Virus record (IMG/VR): IMGVR_UViG_3300020044_001825
Span: 1 to 52,860 of that record
Source: a virus
Taxonomy: Duplodnaviria; Caudoviricetes
Length of the DNA stretch: 52,860 bases
Strand: one strand, 5' to 3'
Both the position numbers and the translations under genes were made by a program. Under the pieces are notes generated by a model that worked only from the letters and a program-made list of their open reading frames with translations, had not been told where the DNA came from and searched no databases. This document shows positions 1 through 10,243 of this stretch, piece by piece; within the stretch, counting starts at the first letter, position 1, and every line of letters begins with the position of its first letter.

Positions 1-1190
1 GATGGGGGCATATGTTCTCGTTCGCCGGAGACCAGAACGCCAAGCAGCGCTTTGAGAACGACAAGACCGGCTACCGGCTCGCGACCTCAGTCGGGGGTAC
101 GGCGACCGGTGAGGGTGGCTCGCGCCTGATACTTGACGACCCGCACGGCGCTCAAGCCGCGCAGTCAGAGGTGATGCGGGAGTCAGACCTTGAATGGTTT
201 GACATGGTATGGTCAACGCGACTGAATAACCCGAAGACCGATGCGATGGTGACCGTCATGCAGCGCCTACACGAGCGCGACATCAGCGGGCATATCCTTG
301 AAGACATCAAGGGCTGGGAGCATATCTGCATTCCGGCAGAGTGGGACGGCAAGACCCGCAAGACCAGCCTCGGCGTGTACGACCCACGCAAGAAGAAGGG
401 CGAGCTGATCTGTCCCGAGCGGTTCGGCGAGAAGGAGATCACCACGCTGAAGCAACTGCTGGGCACATACGGCACGGCAGGTCAGTTACAGCAAGACCCG
501 ACTCCGAGCGAGGGCGGAATCCTGAAGGTCAACAACTTCAGGCTCTGGCCAGCGTCATCAGGTCTGCCGCCCTTTGAGTACATACTGCAGTCATACGACT
601 GTGCATTCACCGAGAAGACGACCGGCGACCCGACCGCCTGCTCGGTCTGGGCGATGTTCACGCACAAGGGCGCACGCAATGCGATGCTCATTGATGCATG
701 GGACGAACACCTGAGCTATCCAGACCTGCGAGCACGAGCCGTGAAAGACTGGACGACTGAATACGGCGGGATGACAAAGGACTCGCCATACTCCCGAGCG
801 AAGCGCCCTGACCGTATCTTGGTGGAAGCGAAGGCGAGTGGGCAATCATTGTTGCAGGACTTGCGCTTGGCGAAAGTGCCAGCAGTGGGCTATAATCCAG
901 GTCAGGCTGACAAGGTATCACGGGCGCACCAAGCCGCGCCAACCCTTGAGCTGGGGTTGTTGTGGGTGCCGGAGTCAAAGAAGAACCTCGGTCAACCGGT
1001 GAGCTGGGCGGGGGCTTTCCTCAAACAACTGGGCAAGTTCCCAGTAGCGGAGCATGATGATTATGTTGACACGTTTACGCAAGCTATCATTTATCTCAAG
1101 AATGATGGATGGTTTGAGTTACCTCAAGCAAAAGATATCGACGAGCCTCGCATCTCTAACAAACCGAGGATAAACCCGTATGCAGCCTAA
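1..1190 (+). CDS. terL: Terminase large subunit, 5'-truncated by the window edge
   Basis: Walker B LILDDPH, VMQRLHERD coupling motif, GQLQQDP, nuclease QSYDCAF and C-terminal HDDYVD. The frame is open back to the window start. Confidence 0.93.
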   Translation, partial: WGHMFSFAGDQNAKQRFENDKTGYRLATSVGGTATGEGGSRLILDDPHGAQAAQSEVMRESDLEWFDMVWSTRLNNPKTDAMVTVMQRLHERDISGHILEDIKGWEHICIPAEWDGKTRKTSLGVYDPRKKKGELICPERFGEKEITTLKQLLGTYGTAGQLQQDPTPSEGGILKVNNFRLWPASSGLPPFEYILQSYDCAFTEKTTGDPTACSVWAMFTHKGARNAMLIDAWDEHLSYPDLRARAVKDWTTEYGGMTKDSPYSRAKRPDRILVEAKASGQSLLQDLRLAKVPAVGYNPGQADKVSRAHQAAPTLELGLLWVPESKKNLGQPVSWAGAFLKQLGKFPVAEHDDYVDTFTQAIIYLKNDGWFELPQAKDIDEPRISNKPRINPYAA

Positions 1191-1344
1191 GAAACCAATC
1201 TGGGACAAAGCTAGACCTAAGAGCCTCGGCGAGAGCAAGACGCTGTCATCGGCGGCTAAGTCATCCGCTAAGGCGGCAGCAAAGAGCGCCGGACGCCCTT
1301 ACCCCAACCTCGTCGACAACATGAGAGCGGCGAGGAAGAAATGA
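1180..1344 (+). CDS. Small basic protein, 54 aa (MQPKKPIWDK...AGRPYPNLVDNMRAARKK)
   Basis: Translated by hand, not in the ORF track. It overlaps the terL stop and has an ATGA overlap with the next gene. Confidence 0.75.
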   Translation: MQPKKPIWDKARPKSLGESKTLSSAAKSSAKAAAKSAGRPYPNLVDNMRAARKK

Positions 1345-4300
1345 CTGACCGCGTTGACAAGGACAGCCTGCCGCTGAATCAACCACGGCGCACACCGAGC
1401 CATCCTACGAAGTCACACATCGTGAAGACGAAGGTAGACGGCAAGGAGAAGATTATCCGCTTCGGTGAGCAGGGCGCGAGCACAGCAGGCAAGCCCAAGG
1501 AGGGCGAGTCCGACCGCATGAAGGCTAAGCGAGCCTCGTTCAAGTCACGTCACGCAAAGAACATTGCTAAGGGTCCGAGTAGCCCAGCGTATTGGGCAAA
1601 CAAGGTGAAGTGGGCAGATGGCGGGTTTGTCAAGACGAATTACTACGATGGCGGTTCAATGCGCGCACAGCCGCAGAACGCCGCGTTGGGTTCTATTGCG
1701 GAGTTCTTGAAGCAGACTTACTCGCCACGGCGCACGCAGCAGATGCAGGGGACGATGGAGTTCCTCGGTGTACCGGCGCTAGCTCGTACTGCTGAGCGCT
1801 TGAGCTACGGGCAACCGATCACCAACATCAACAAGGCTAACGTCCCCCTGCTGCCCGATGATACTGCTGAAGCGGCGATGTTGGTCGCCCCGCCGTTAGC
1901 GAGCATTGCTAAGCGCGTGGGCACCAACCTCGTGCAGACCGCGCCTGCCGTTGCCCGCGACATTGTGCAGAACGTAACTTCACCTCTGAAGTCTTACGCT
2001 GTGAAGCCGAAGGGTGGCAACTGGCAACCGCCGCAGGGTTCAAGAGACAGCGTTACTATGTCGGTAAACCCCATCAAGCGTAACCCTGAAGTCATGAGCG
2101 GCGATATGATCAACCAAGCCGCTGGTGAAGACCTCTGGTCAAAAATGGTGGATCTGGGTCCTAGTGCTTATAATTCTCCTGTCCCGTGGCTAAAAGAAAA
2201 CAGACCTGACGTCTTAGAAAAGCTCTACGGCGAAGACAGATTAGCGCTCAACAAGTGGCTTGACACTAAGCTCGAAAAGTACATCCGCAACGACATGGGC
2301 ACACCGGACGACCCGATCAGGCTTGCGCACGAGGAAGGGTTCTCGCACATTCCTGGTGAAGCGGAAGAACTCGGCATGTGGCTACCTGAAGACGTAGCCG
2401 CTATGCGTGTTAAAGCGGGTTACCCCGAGGAAGGGTTCGCCGTCAAGAAACACGCAGACGCGGGTTATCCTGAGAACATGGAAGTTAACTCTCGCAAAGC
2501 TGAGATGTGGGAAGCTCTTTCGGACGCCGAGATCACCGCCACCCCTGCGCGGGAATTTCAAGAGCGGTTCCGTATGGCGCGTGAAATGCCCAACTTTGTG
2601 AGTAATGGTAAGCAAGAAATTGCGATAGCGGAGCGTAATCCTTGGATTGAAAAGCTCGCCCCAGAGACTCCGATTTACAAGATTGACAGACCTATGGATC
2701 TCAATGAGAACCTCGGGTTCAATCACATGGCTGACGAGATTCAGAACATGCTTGACCCCGAGTCAGGTTTGCCCGCCGCGTTACGCTTGACACCTCAGCA
2801 GCTTGACAAGGTGACGATGAAGCAGATGGTGGAGAAGGTTGACGCTGTCAACAAGTGGCGCTCCGAGGAAGCAGCCAAGGCTGAGCTGGGCGACATGATG
2901 GGTAACCTGACCGCCACACCGAGAATGCAGATACCTGATACGCAACTTTCGTTCGTCAAAGAACCAGGAATGACTTGGGTTGATATTCCGGCGACTGTTG
3001 ACGAGTCGGCTATGAAGCTCTGCACGACGATCGGCAAACAAGCCGGTTGGTGTACGCAAGGTGAAAGTCTCGCCAAGGCTTACGGCTCAGGCGACCGCCG
3101 CCTCGCCACATTGCTCGATGCTGAGGGTCGTCCGCACGCACAGGCGATGACCGATTATTCGCCAGAAGGTAAGATGTTTTCTAACCCCTTCAATCGTTTG
3201 TCGGACAGCACACAAGCTGAGTTGCTGAAAGAGGTGCAGGCTGTGACGGGTATTGAAGGTTGGTCGTCCCAAGGCAAAGCGTTCGAAAGACAGAAGCAAG
3301 TTCTTAACGAGCTGATGCAGCGCCCAGAGATACAAGCTCAACTCAACGACTTTCCAGAACCGCCTAAAAATATTGTAGAGCTGAAGCCGGTTGAGAATAC
3401 TTTTAACAGCGAACGCGCCCGTGAATACGTGAAGCGCGACCCTCAGTACAAAGCTAAGATCACCGACTCGGTGCTTAAGTTTTTGAACACTGGCGAGTGG
3501 GGTAGAGTTAACGATCTTGACCATTACGACATCGTTGACTTGAAAGATTCAAACAGTCTGATGAGATATGTCAATGATCTTTTCCCTGATGATTTTAAAA
3601 AGGGTAAAGCGCTTTTTTACGAAGCCGTTGGCCAATCACCAAACGCGCCGCGCTTTATGTCTCGTAGTCAGTTCCGCGAGTTTGTTGATCCTAGCTTAGG
3701 TAGAGAAGGCTACGCCGAAGGCGGCTCAGTCACGCGTGCTGGTGAGGGCTTACCCGACCCGACGCTTATGAACCTGAGACTTTACTCTGAGACCGTGGCG
3801 CAGGAGATGTTCCCCAACGAGCGCGACAACGCCAAGCGCGATGCCGCACGACACATGCTCGCCTCGGCGCTCGCTGCGCAGAAGACCACTCCAGGGATTG
3901 CAGACTTCTTAGGCAAAGCGTACGAGTTCAAGGAAGCCCCCTTCCGCACCGCCGGTCACTGGATGGGTCTGAGCGAGCCGCGCTCTGACTACCCGACCGA
4001 CGTACACAACAACGCGCTCGGCATTCAGCTGGGCAAGGACACCCGCTCGCTGCAGGAGTTGTTGGACTCCGTAGAGCGTGAAGCTAAGCGCGGCACGCCC
4101 GCCACTCAAAAGGGTCGCGCCTCGTTGAAGCCTGACACAGTCAAAGCCACGCGTTACGCCGAGGGCGGCTCAGTGTCTTACGACCCGTCACGCATTGAGC
4201 AAATCATGAGCAGCATCAGCGCCCCGCAGAATTATGCCGAGGGCGGTTCAGCGCGAGTACCTACCAACTTGCACCCTGACGTAGAAGAAGCGTTGAAGGC

Positions 4301-4793
4301 GGGTCGTATTACGCCCAATCAGGCTCGGTGGATGAGCAACCTCGCAAACACTCCAGGCAACCCTGAGATTGGCACTGCCGGTATTCGCGATGGTGTGTCT
4401 GAGAAAATGATGAACTACATGAAGGCGGTTCGCGCCGGTGAGTACACGAGACCGCATTGGATGGAGCCCATCCCCAAAGAAGTGAAGATGCCTAAGTGGT
4501 TCAGCGGTAGCGTTGACTTAGACCGAGAAGGTTTGAGGCAACTTGACAAGATTCCTGGTCTGACCAAGCAGGCTTTCAAGGCGAGCGAATACTCAAACAC
4601 GTATCCCGTGGGTGCTGGCGATCTCAGCTACTACCGCGAGTTGCTACAAGGGTTAGAGAAAGACCCGACGTACCAACCCTACCTTGATGAGATCGCGAAA
4701 GTAAAACAACGTAACCCGAAATTTGCCGAGGGCGGCAGTGTGTCGGTGTACGACTCCGGTCGCGTAGATGCGATCGTTAACCAGTTTATGTGA
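1341..4793 (+). CDS. 1150-aa modular protein between terL and portal, with domains separated by xxxGG motifs; probable virion-carried polyvalent protein
   Basis: Basic N-terminal domain (RASFKSRH...PAYWANKVKW), large middle region with GWCT, a DAARH...D.HNNALG domain, and six W/Y/F-A/Y-D/E-GG motifs. Confidence 0.7.
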   Translation: MTDRVDKDSLPLNQPRRTPSHPTKSHIVKTKVDGKEKIIRFGEQGASTAGKPKEGESDRMKAKRASFKSRHAKNIAKGPSSPAYWANKVKWADGGFVKTNYYDGGSMRAQPQNAALGSIAEFLKQTYSPRRTQQMQGTMEFLGVPALARTAERLSYGQPITNINKANVPLLPDDTAEAAMLVAPPLASIAKRVGTNLVQTAPAVARDIVQNVTSPLKSYAVKPKGGNWQPPQGSRDSVTMSVNPIKRNPEVMSGDMINQAAGEDLWSKMVDLGPSAYNSPVPWLKENRPDVLEKLYGEDRLALNKWLDTKLEKYIRNDMGTPDDPIRLAHEEGFSHIPGEAEELGMWLPEDVAAMRVKAGYPEEGFAVKKHADAGYPENMEVNSRKAEMWEALSDAEITATPAREFQERFRMAREMPNFVSNGKQEIAIAERNPWIEKLAPETPIYKIDRPMDLNENLGFNHMADEIQNMLDPESGLPAALRLTPQQLDKVTMKQMVEKVDAVNKWRSEEAAKAELGDMMGNLTATPRMQIPDTQLSFVKEPGMTWVDIPATVDESAMKLCTTIGKQAGWCTQGESLAKAYGSGDRRLATLLDAEGRPHAQAMTDYSPEGKMFSNPFNRLSDSTQAELLKEVQAVTGIEGWSSQGKAFERQKQVLNELMQRPEIQAQLNDFPEPPKNIVELKPVENTFNSERAREYVKRDPQYKAKITDSVLKFLNTGEWGRVNDLDHYDIVDLKDSNSLMRYVNDLFPDDFKKGKALFYEAVGQSPNAPRFMSRSQFREFVDPSLGREGYAEGGSVTRAGEGLPDPTLMNLRLYSETVAQEMFPNERDNAKRDAARHMLASALAAQKTTPGIADFLGKAYEFKEAPFRTAGHWMGLSEPRSDYPTDVHNNALGIQLGKDTRSLQELLDSVEREAKRGTPATQKGRASLKPDTVKATRYAEGGSVSYDPSRIEQIMSSISAPQNYAEGGSARVPTNLHPDVEEALKAGRITPNQARWMSNLANTPGNPEIGTAGIRDGVSEKMMNYMKAVRAGEYTRPHWMEPIPKEVKMPKWFSGSVDLDREGLRQLDKIPGLTKQAFKASEYSNTYPVGAGDLSYYRELLQGLEKDPTYQPYLDEIAKVKQRNPKFAEGGSVSVYDSGRVDAIVNQFM

Positions 4794-4801
4794 GGTGAGT
4801 A

Positions 4802-7294
4802 ATGGCTATTGAAAGAATGGAAGACGACCTGCCCGAAGGCGAGACAGTTCAGCTTGAGGACGTCGACAACGAGGTAGAAGACACCGAAGACGGCGGGGCA
4901 ATCATTCGTGAGAAGAATGAGGAAGACCTCGCCGACAAGCTCGCCCATTTTGCCAATATCGTTGACGAGGTCGATCAAGACCTGCTCAAGACCGCCATTA
5001 GCGACCTTGTGGAAAAGATCGGCAACGACAAAGAGGCTCGTGAGAAGCGCGACAAGCAGTACGAGGAGGGCTTGCGTCGTACGGGCTTAGGTGATGATGC
5101 ACCAGGAGGCGCTCAGTTCACCGGCGCAAACAAGGTCGTGCACCCGATGCTCGTCGAGGCATGCGTGGACTTCTCTGCCCGCTTCATGAAGGAGGTCTTC
5201 CCGCCTAGTGGTCCCGTCAAGAGCAAGATCCTCGGCGAGCGGGACAAGTCTAAGATTCAGAAAGCAGAGCGTAAAGCCGAGTTCATGAACTGGCAGACGA
5301 CTGAGCAGATGGTGGAGTTCCGCGGAGAGCTTGAGCAGTTGAGCACGCAGCTCCCGCTCGGCGGCGGTCAGTACATGAAGTTCATGTGGAACCCGTTGCA
5401 CCGCCGCCCCTGTGCTGAGTTCATCGCTATTGATGACATCTACCTGCCGTTCGCGGCGACCAACTTCTACACCGCCGAGCGTAAGACGCACGTACAGTAC
5501 ATCACGAAGTTTGAGTACCAGCGCCGCGTCAAGTCAGGTATGTACATTGACGTTGACTTGGGTATGCCGGAAGATCCCGAGTTCAGCAAGTCCACTCAGG
5601 CTAACGACAAGATTGAGGGACGCAAAGACCTGAGCTACAACGAAGACGGCTTACGCACGATCTTTGAAGTTTACACGTACCTTGACTTCGGGGATGGTCC
5701 GGAGCCTTATATTCTGAGCATTGACAAGACGACTAACCTCGGCTTGGGGTTGTACCGTAACTGGGAACCTGATGACCCGCGCCAGCTTGAGCTAGATTGG
5801 ATTGTGGAGTTCCCGTTTGTGCCTTGGCGTGGCGCGTACCCCATCGGTCTGACGCACATGATTGGCGGCTTGAGCGGCGCAGCCACCGGCGCACTCCGCG
5901 CCCTCCTCGACTCGGCTCACATTCAGAACGTGCCCACGCTGCTCAAGCTCAAAGGGGGACCAGGAGGCCAGACGCTGAACGTCCAACCGACAGAAGTGGT
6001 TGAGATGGAGGGTGGGGCGCTCATCGATGACGTGCGCAAGCTGGCAATGCCACTGCCGTTTAACGGTCCCAGCCCAACTTTGTTCTCGCTTCTGGGTTTC
6101 CTAGTAGACGCAGGCAAGGGCGTGGTGCAAACGTCCTTTGAGAAGCTGTCTGACCAGAACCCTAACCAGCCTGTAGGCACAACCATGGCGCTCATTGAGC
6201 AGGGCATGGTGGTGTTTTCGTCAATTCACAGCCGTTTGCATGGCTCGATGGCGCGTTGCTTCAAGATTTTGCACCGCATCAACAGCGCATACCTGACGAC
6301 TGAGGACATTGAGGCACAATCTGCTGGTCTTGAAATTGATCCGTCTGACTTTGACGGTCCGATGGACATCATTCCGGTCAGCGACCCCGCAATTTTCAGC
6401 GAAACCCAGCGTTTTGCGCAAACTCAGGCAATCATGCAGCGTGCACAAGCCATGCCGCAGATGTATGACGCACGCAAAGTTGAGGAAATGTTCCTCCGCA
6501 ACATGAAAGTGCCTGCGAATGAGGTGCTGCAGCCGTTGCCAGGAAGCGAGGACATGGATCCGGTGAGCGAGAACGTCGCAGCCGCCATGGGACGTCCAAT
6601 TTACGTGCTCCCGTCGCAAGATCACATGGCGCACTTCATGACGCACATCCCTTTCCTGAAGTCGCCGCTGTTCGGGTCAAATCCCGCCATCGCAAAGACG
6701 TATTTGTACCCGATGGCGACGCATTTGCGTGATCACCTGCTCAATTACTACCTAGTCGAAGCACACAACGCTGTTGACAAGGCACAGCGTGAGGAGTTGA
6801 TTCCTGAAGAAGCCGAAGATCAGGTCAAAGTCATCTTAGAAGTGCAGAAGTTCATCGAGGCACAACTCGGTAGCTTCGGTCAAGAGCTGGCGCAGATTGA
6901 TCAAGCCGCTCAGCAGTTCAAACCCCAGCCACCTATGCCGCCTGACAAGAGCATGGAGGTCGCCCAGCTCAACGCGCAAGTCCAAGGCAAGGCGCTGGAG
7001 CAGCGTATGCAGATTGACCAAGCTAAGTTGCAAATCGAGCAGCAGAAGATGCAGACACAGCAGCAGCTTGAAGCGACTAAGTTGGCTGCTGAGCAACAAG
7101 CCGAGTCTGAGCGCATGCAGACTGAGCAGATGAGACAACAAGCCGAAAACGAACGCACCGCCGCTGATCTTGAGACCCGCGAGCGCATGAACACGGCTGA
7201 CAACGACACCGCGAAACTGCTTGCCGCTGCCGAAATGGCTACGGGTGAGAAGGTCGCAGTGAGCACTGGAACTGGTATTAACCCTAACCCTTGA
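4802..7294 (+). CDS. Portal protein
   Basis: 830 aa between terL and the head genes. VHPMLVEACVDF and GAYPIGLTHMIGGL motifs, with a Q-rich coiled-coil C-terminus like P22-type portals. Confidence 0.85.
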   Translation: MAIERMEDDLPEGETVQLEDVDNEVEDTEDGGAIIREKNEEDLADKLAHFANIVDEVDQDLLKTAISDLVEKIGNDKEAREKRDKQYEEGLRRTGLGDDAPGGAQFTGANKVVHPMLVEACVDFSARFMKEVFPPSGPVKSKILGERDKSKIQKAERKAEFMNWQTTEQMVEFRGELEQLSTQLPLGGGQYMKFMWNPLHRRPCAEFIAIDDIYLPFAATNFYTAERKTHVQYITKFEYQRRVKSGMYIDVDLGMPEDPEFSKSTQANDKIEGRKDLSYNEDGLRTIFEVYTYLDFGDGPEPYILSIDKTTNLGLGLYRNWEPDDPRQLELDWIVEFPFVPWRGAYPIGLTHMIGGLSGAATGALRALLDSAHIQNVPTLLKLKGGPGGQTLNVQPTEVVEMEGGALIDDVRKLAMPLPFNGPSPTLFSLLGFLVDAGKGVVQTSFEKLSDQNPNQPVGTTMALIEQGMVVFSSIHSRLHGSMARCFKILHRINSAYLTTEDIEAQSAGLEIDPSDFDGPMDIIPVSDPAIFSETQRFAQTQAIMQRAQAMPQMYDARKVEEMFLRNMKVPANEVLQPLPGSEDMDPVSENVAAAMGRPIYVLPSQDHMAHFMTHIPFLKSPLFGSNPAIAKTYLYPMATHLRDHLLNYYLVEAHNAVDKAQREELIPEEAEDQVKVILEVQKFIEAQLGSFGQELAQIDQAAQQFKPQPPMPPDKSMEVAQLNAQVQGKALEQRMQIDQAKLQIEQQKMQTQQQLEATKLAAEQQAESERMQTEQMRQQAENERTAADLETRERMNTADNDTAKLLAAAEMATGEKVAVSTGTGINPNP

Positions 7295-7304
7295 GGAAAA
7301 CATC

Positions 7305-7442
7305 ATGAGCGATAAACCTACTCCTGGCACAGTCCCTATGACTGGCGCATTTGTGAAACAGAAACACCGCCTAGCGGCGGGTGAGAAGCTGAACGGTCAG
7401 ACCCTGCCCGCTGCGCCTTCTACACCTAAGACTCCTGCATGA
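7305..7442 (+). CDS. Hypothetical protein, 45 aa
   Basis: Translated by hand. GAGG RBS upstream and ATGA overlap with the next ORF. Confidence 0.6.
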   Translation: MSDKPTPGTVPMTGAFVKQKHRLAAGEKLNGQTLPAAPSTPKTPA

Positions 7443-7636
7443 ACATTGAGTCTCAACTTCTGAATCGTCTGAAAGCAGAACAGCAGTCATTTGCTGTTAC
7501 CGCTTTGAGACGACCCCAGACTCGCGATACTTTTGAGTACGGGTATCGCGTGGGAATGGTTGCTGGTTATGAGGCAGCAATCGACGTACTTTTAAACCTT
7601 CTAGACCAGGAGAAAAACCTTGACAATGACCTATGA
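7439..7636 (+). CDS. Hypothetical protein, 65 aa
   Basis: Translationally coupled ORF between portal and groES. Confidence 0.7.
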   Translation: MNIESQLLNRLKAEQQSFAVTALRRPQTRDTFEYGYRVGMVAGYEAAIDVLLNLLDQEKNLDNDL

Positions 7637-8033
7637 GGACGCAATGGCGGAGGCTTTCCCAGCAGTAGATGCTGGAATTCAGCCTTTCGGGAGCCGTGTT
7701 CTGATTCAGATTCGCACACCGAAAAAGAAATCAGCTGGTGGCATTATTATTGACATCGCGGGTACTAATGATACCGAGAAGTGGAACACTCAGATTGGCA
7801 AAGTGGTTGCCTTGGGTCCGCTGGCTTTCAAGAACCGCAATGACATGAAGACGTGGCCAGAGGGTGAGTGGTGCAAAGCCGGTGAATACGTTCGCGTGGC
7901 TAAGTACGGCGGTGATCGTTGGGAAGTCAAGATTCCTGACACTGACGGATCTGCTATGTTTGTGATTTTTAACGACTTGGACATCATCGGGCAGGTAACT
8001 GGCGACCCGTTGGCAATCCGAGCATTCATCTGA
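7626..8033 (+). CDS. groES: GroES/Cpn10-like co-chaperonin
   Basis: IQPFGSRVLI, SAGGIII mobile loop, GKVVALGP, KYGG, DIIG. The ATG at 7626 is preferred to the TTG at 7620. Confidence 0.85.
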   Translation: MTYEDAMAEAFPAVDAGIQPFGSRVLIQIRTPKKKSAGGIIIDIAGTNDTEKWNTQIGKVVALGPLAFKNRNDMKTWPEGEWCKAGEYVRVAKYGGDRWEVKIPDTDGSAMFVIFNDLDIIGQVTGDPLAIRAFI

Positions 8034-8046
8034 AAGGAGATGATTT

Positions 8047-9003
8047 ATGGCTAATGTGATGAAAGAAGACGACGAACGCGGTGGTGAAGAAATCATCATC
8101 GTCGAAGACGAGTCAAAACTAACCGACAGACAGGAAGAGCAGGACGATGATTCAGATGACAGCGGTGATGAACGAACCGCGTCCTCAGCAGCCGAAGACG
8201 GCAATGACGACGAGCGAGAGGCGATACGTGAGCGACGCCGCCTTGAAAAGCTCGAGCGTAAAGACCGCCGCGATCAAGCCATCAAGCGCGACAAACTCGA
8301 GCTGGACTTCCTGCGTAAACGAAATGATGACCTTGAGCGCCGCGTATCTCTTCAAGAGCACCGAGCGCATCAAGTAGACCTCGGCACGTACGACGCACAC
8401 ATTGCTAGCGCGGCGAAGGAAGCCGAGATGGCGGAGCGTGTCATCGCTAAGGCGGTGGAGGCGGGCAACGGCAAGGACGTAGCTCAGGCGCTCAAGTACC
8501 GCGATCAAGCTATGCAGAAAGTGCAGCAGCTCCAGTACGCTAAGCAACAAGCCGCCCAACAGCGCCCCCAGCCACAGGGTCAGCAGCTTGATGACATGAC
8601 CATGCATTACGCTAATGAGTTCATCAAAGAGAATCCATGGTACGACTCACAGGGTCGTGATGAAGATTCTGCAATTGTCATCGCTATTGACCAATCATTG
8701 GCCAAGGACGGTTACAATCCACAGTCAGAGGAATACTGGGATGAATTGCGCAAGCGTGCTGCCCGCCGATTGCCTGAAAAGTTCAAGAATGAACGCCGCG
8801 ACTCTAGGGAGGAACGCACTCCTCGCGGTGGTCCCGCAGTGGGTTCCGGACGTGAGCACGCACCGGCTTCTACGCGTAAAGAAATTTACGTCAGTCCCGA
8901 GCGCAAGCAGGCATTGATTGAGGCTGGCGTGTGGGATGATCCAGTGTTGCGCATGAAATACGTCAAGCGCTACGCCGAGTACGACCGTACTAACAAAGCG
9001 TGA
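8047..9003 (+). CDS. Putative capsid scaffolding protein
   Basis: Acidic N-terminus and long coiled coil, located upstream of the capsid genes. AAGGAG RBS. Confidence 0.65.
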   Translation: MANVMKEDDERGGEEIIIVEDESKLTDRQEEQDDDSDDSGDERTASSAAEDGNDDEREAIRERRRLEKLERKDRRDQAIKRDKLELDFLRKRNDDLERRVSLQEHRAHQVDLGTYDAHIASAAKEAEMAERVIAKAVEAGNGKDVAQALKYRDQAMQKVQQLQYAKQQAAQQRPQPQGQQLDDMTMHYANEFIKENPWYDSQGRDEDSAIVIAIDQSLAKDGYNPQSEEYWDELRKRAARRLPEKFKNERRDSREERTPRGGPAVGSGREHAPASTRKEIYVSPERKQALIEAGVWDDPVLRMKYVKRYAEYDRTNKA

Positions 9004-9017
9004 AACGCTTGAATGAT

Positions 9018-9046
9018 TTGGCTTTTTAATTTTCAAACCCTATAAT
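9018..9046 (+). promoter_or_regulatory. Sigma70-like promoter TTGGCT-17-TATAAT
   Basis: Perfect -10 box with 17-nt spacing in an AT-rich intergenic gap. Confidence 0.75.
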
Positions 9047-9076
9047 TGGTTTCAATCGCTGAAAGGAGCGAGTATT

Positions 9077-9607
9077 ATGACAGACGAACGCTTGAAGAAA
9101 TCCGCAGGAGAAGGTCGTGAGAATCGTGCGATGTTAGATCGCGCAGTAACACAAAACCGCGAGGTGACCGAAGATGAGCGGGTTGAAATGTTCCGTCAGC
9201 AGTTTTTTCAGTCCTCTTTACCGGACTTACCGAAACTCTCCGGCTGGCATTGTTGCTGGCTGACCACGACTAACCCTCGTGATTCGATCCAGATGCGGAT
9301 CCGCTTAGGCTACGAGCCTTTGAAGCCAGAAGACGTTCCTGGCTGGGAATACGCAACCCTTAAGACGGGTGACTGGGTGGGGTTCATTGGGGTGAATGAG
9401 ATGTTGGCTTTTAAGCTGCCTATTTCTCTTTATGAGAAATACATGAAGGAGGCGCATCACGATGCACCCCTGCGTGAAGAAGAGAAACTCACCGACACGG
9501 CAGAGTTCCTCGAGCAGCAAGCTCGTACATCTAAGTCGCGCTTGACCATGGGAGACGGCAATATGGAAATAGGGCAACAGCGGGAAGCTCAGTTTGATCT
9601 TTCCTGA
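9077..9607 (+). CDS. Head-module hypothetical protein
   Basis: 176 aa with strong RBS, directly upstream of the capsid genes. Confidence 0.75.
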   Translation: MTDERLKKSAGEGRENRAMLDRAVTQNREVTEDERVEMFRQQFFQSSLPDLPKLSGWHCCWLTTTNPRDSIQMRIRLGYEPLKPEDVPGWEYATLKTGDWVGFIGVNEMLAFKLPISLYEKYMKEAHHDAPLREEEKLTDTAEFLEQQARTSKSRLTMGDGNMEIGQQREAQFDLS

Positions 9608-9636
9608 CGCAACTTTTTAATCCATTAGGAGCAACT

Positions 9637-10230
9637 ATGTCTTCGATAAGTGCACCCTTTGGCTTTCGTGCGTCTTACCACAACAGTGGTCAGATGCGTC
9701 CAAAAGCCTATGTAATCGCGAGCACCTACGCAGCCAACATCTTCAGCGGTGACCCCGTGAAGTTGACTGATAACGGTGTTATTCAACTCGGCACGTCTGA
9801 CGGTACTCGTTCAGGCACCACCGATGGAGTTTCTTTGTTGGGCATCTTCGCAGGTGTTCAGTATTTGGACGCCAGCGGCAAGCCTTCAATCTCTCCTTTC
9901 TGGCCTTCTGGCACGACTGGGACTGAGATCACAGCTTGGGTGTATGATGACCCTGAAACACTGTTTGATGTTCAATACAACAACCCTTCTGCTGGTACAA
10001 CTGTGCAAACAGCTGTCGGCGAAGAGTGTGATTGGACAGTCGCCTCTCCTGGTGGCTCAACACAAACAGGTTTGTCAAACACTTACCTGACCGCCATTCA
10101 AGCCACTTCTGGTCAATTCCAGATCACCGGCTTTGGATATGAAATCACTGACTCCCTCACTGACGCGTACGTAGTTGTGTCTGTTCGAATCAACGAACAC
10201 CACTACAAAGCTGCTGTGAATTCTGTTTAA
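9637..10230 (+). CDS. Putative capsid decoration/cement protein
   Basis: 197 aa, beta-rich (APFGFR, IFSGDPV, GIFAGVQY, VYDDP), immediately before the major capsid gene. Confidence 0.6.
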   Translation: MSSISAPFGFRASYHNSGQMRPKAYVIASTYAANIFSGDPVKLTDNGVIQLGTSDGTRSGTTDGVSLLGIFAGVQYLDASGKPSISPFWPSGTTGTEITAWVYDDPETLFDVQYNNPSAGTTVQTAVGEECDWTVASPGGSTQTGLSNTYLTAIQATSGQFQITGFGYEITDSLTDAYVVVSVRINEHHYKAAVNSV

Positions 10231-10243
10231 GGAGGGCTAAATT

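Noticed and set aside
7626-8033. GroES without GroEL as a novelty
   Set aside because: Stand-alone phage co-chaperonins that use host GroEL are well known (e.g. T4 gp31).
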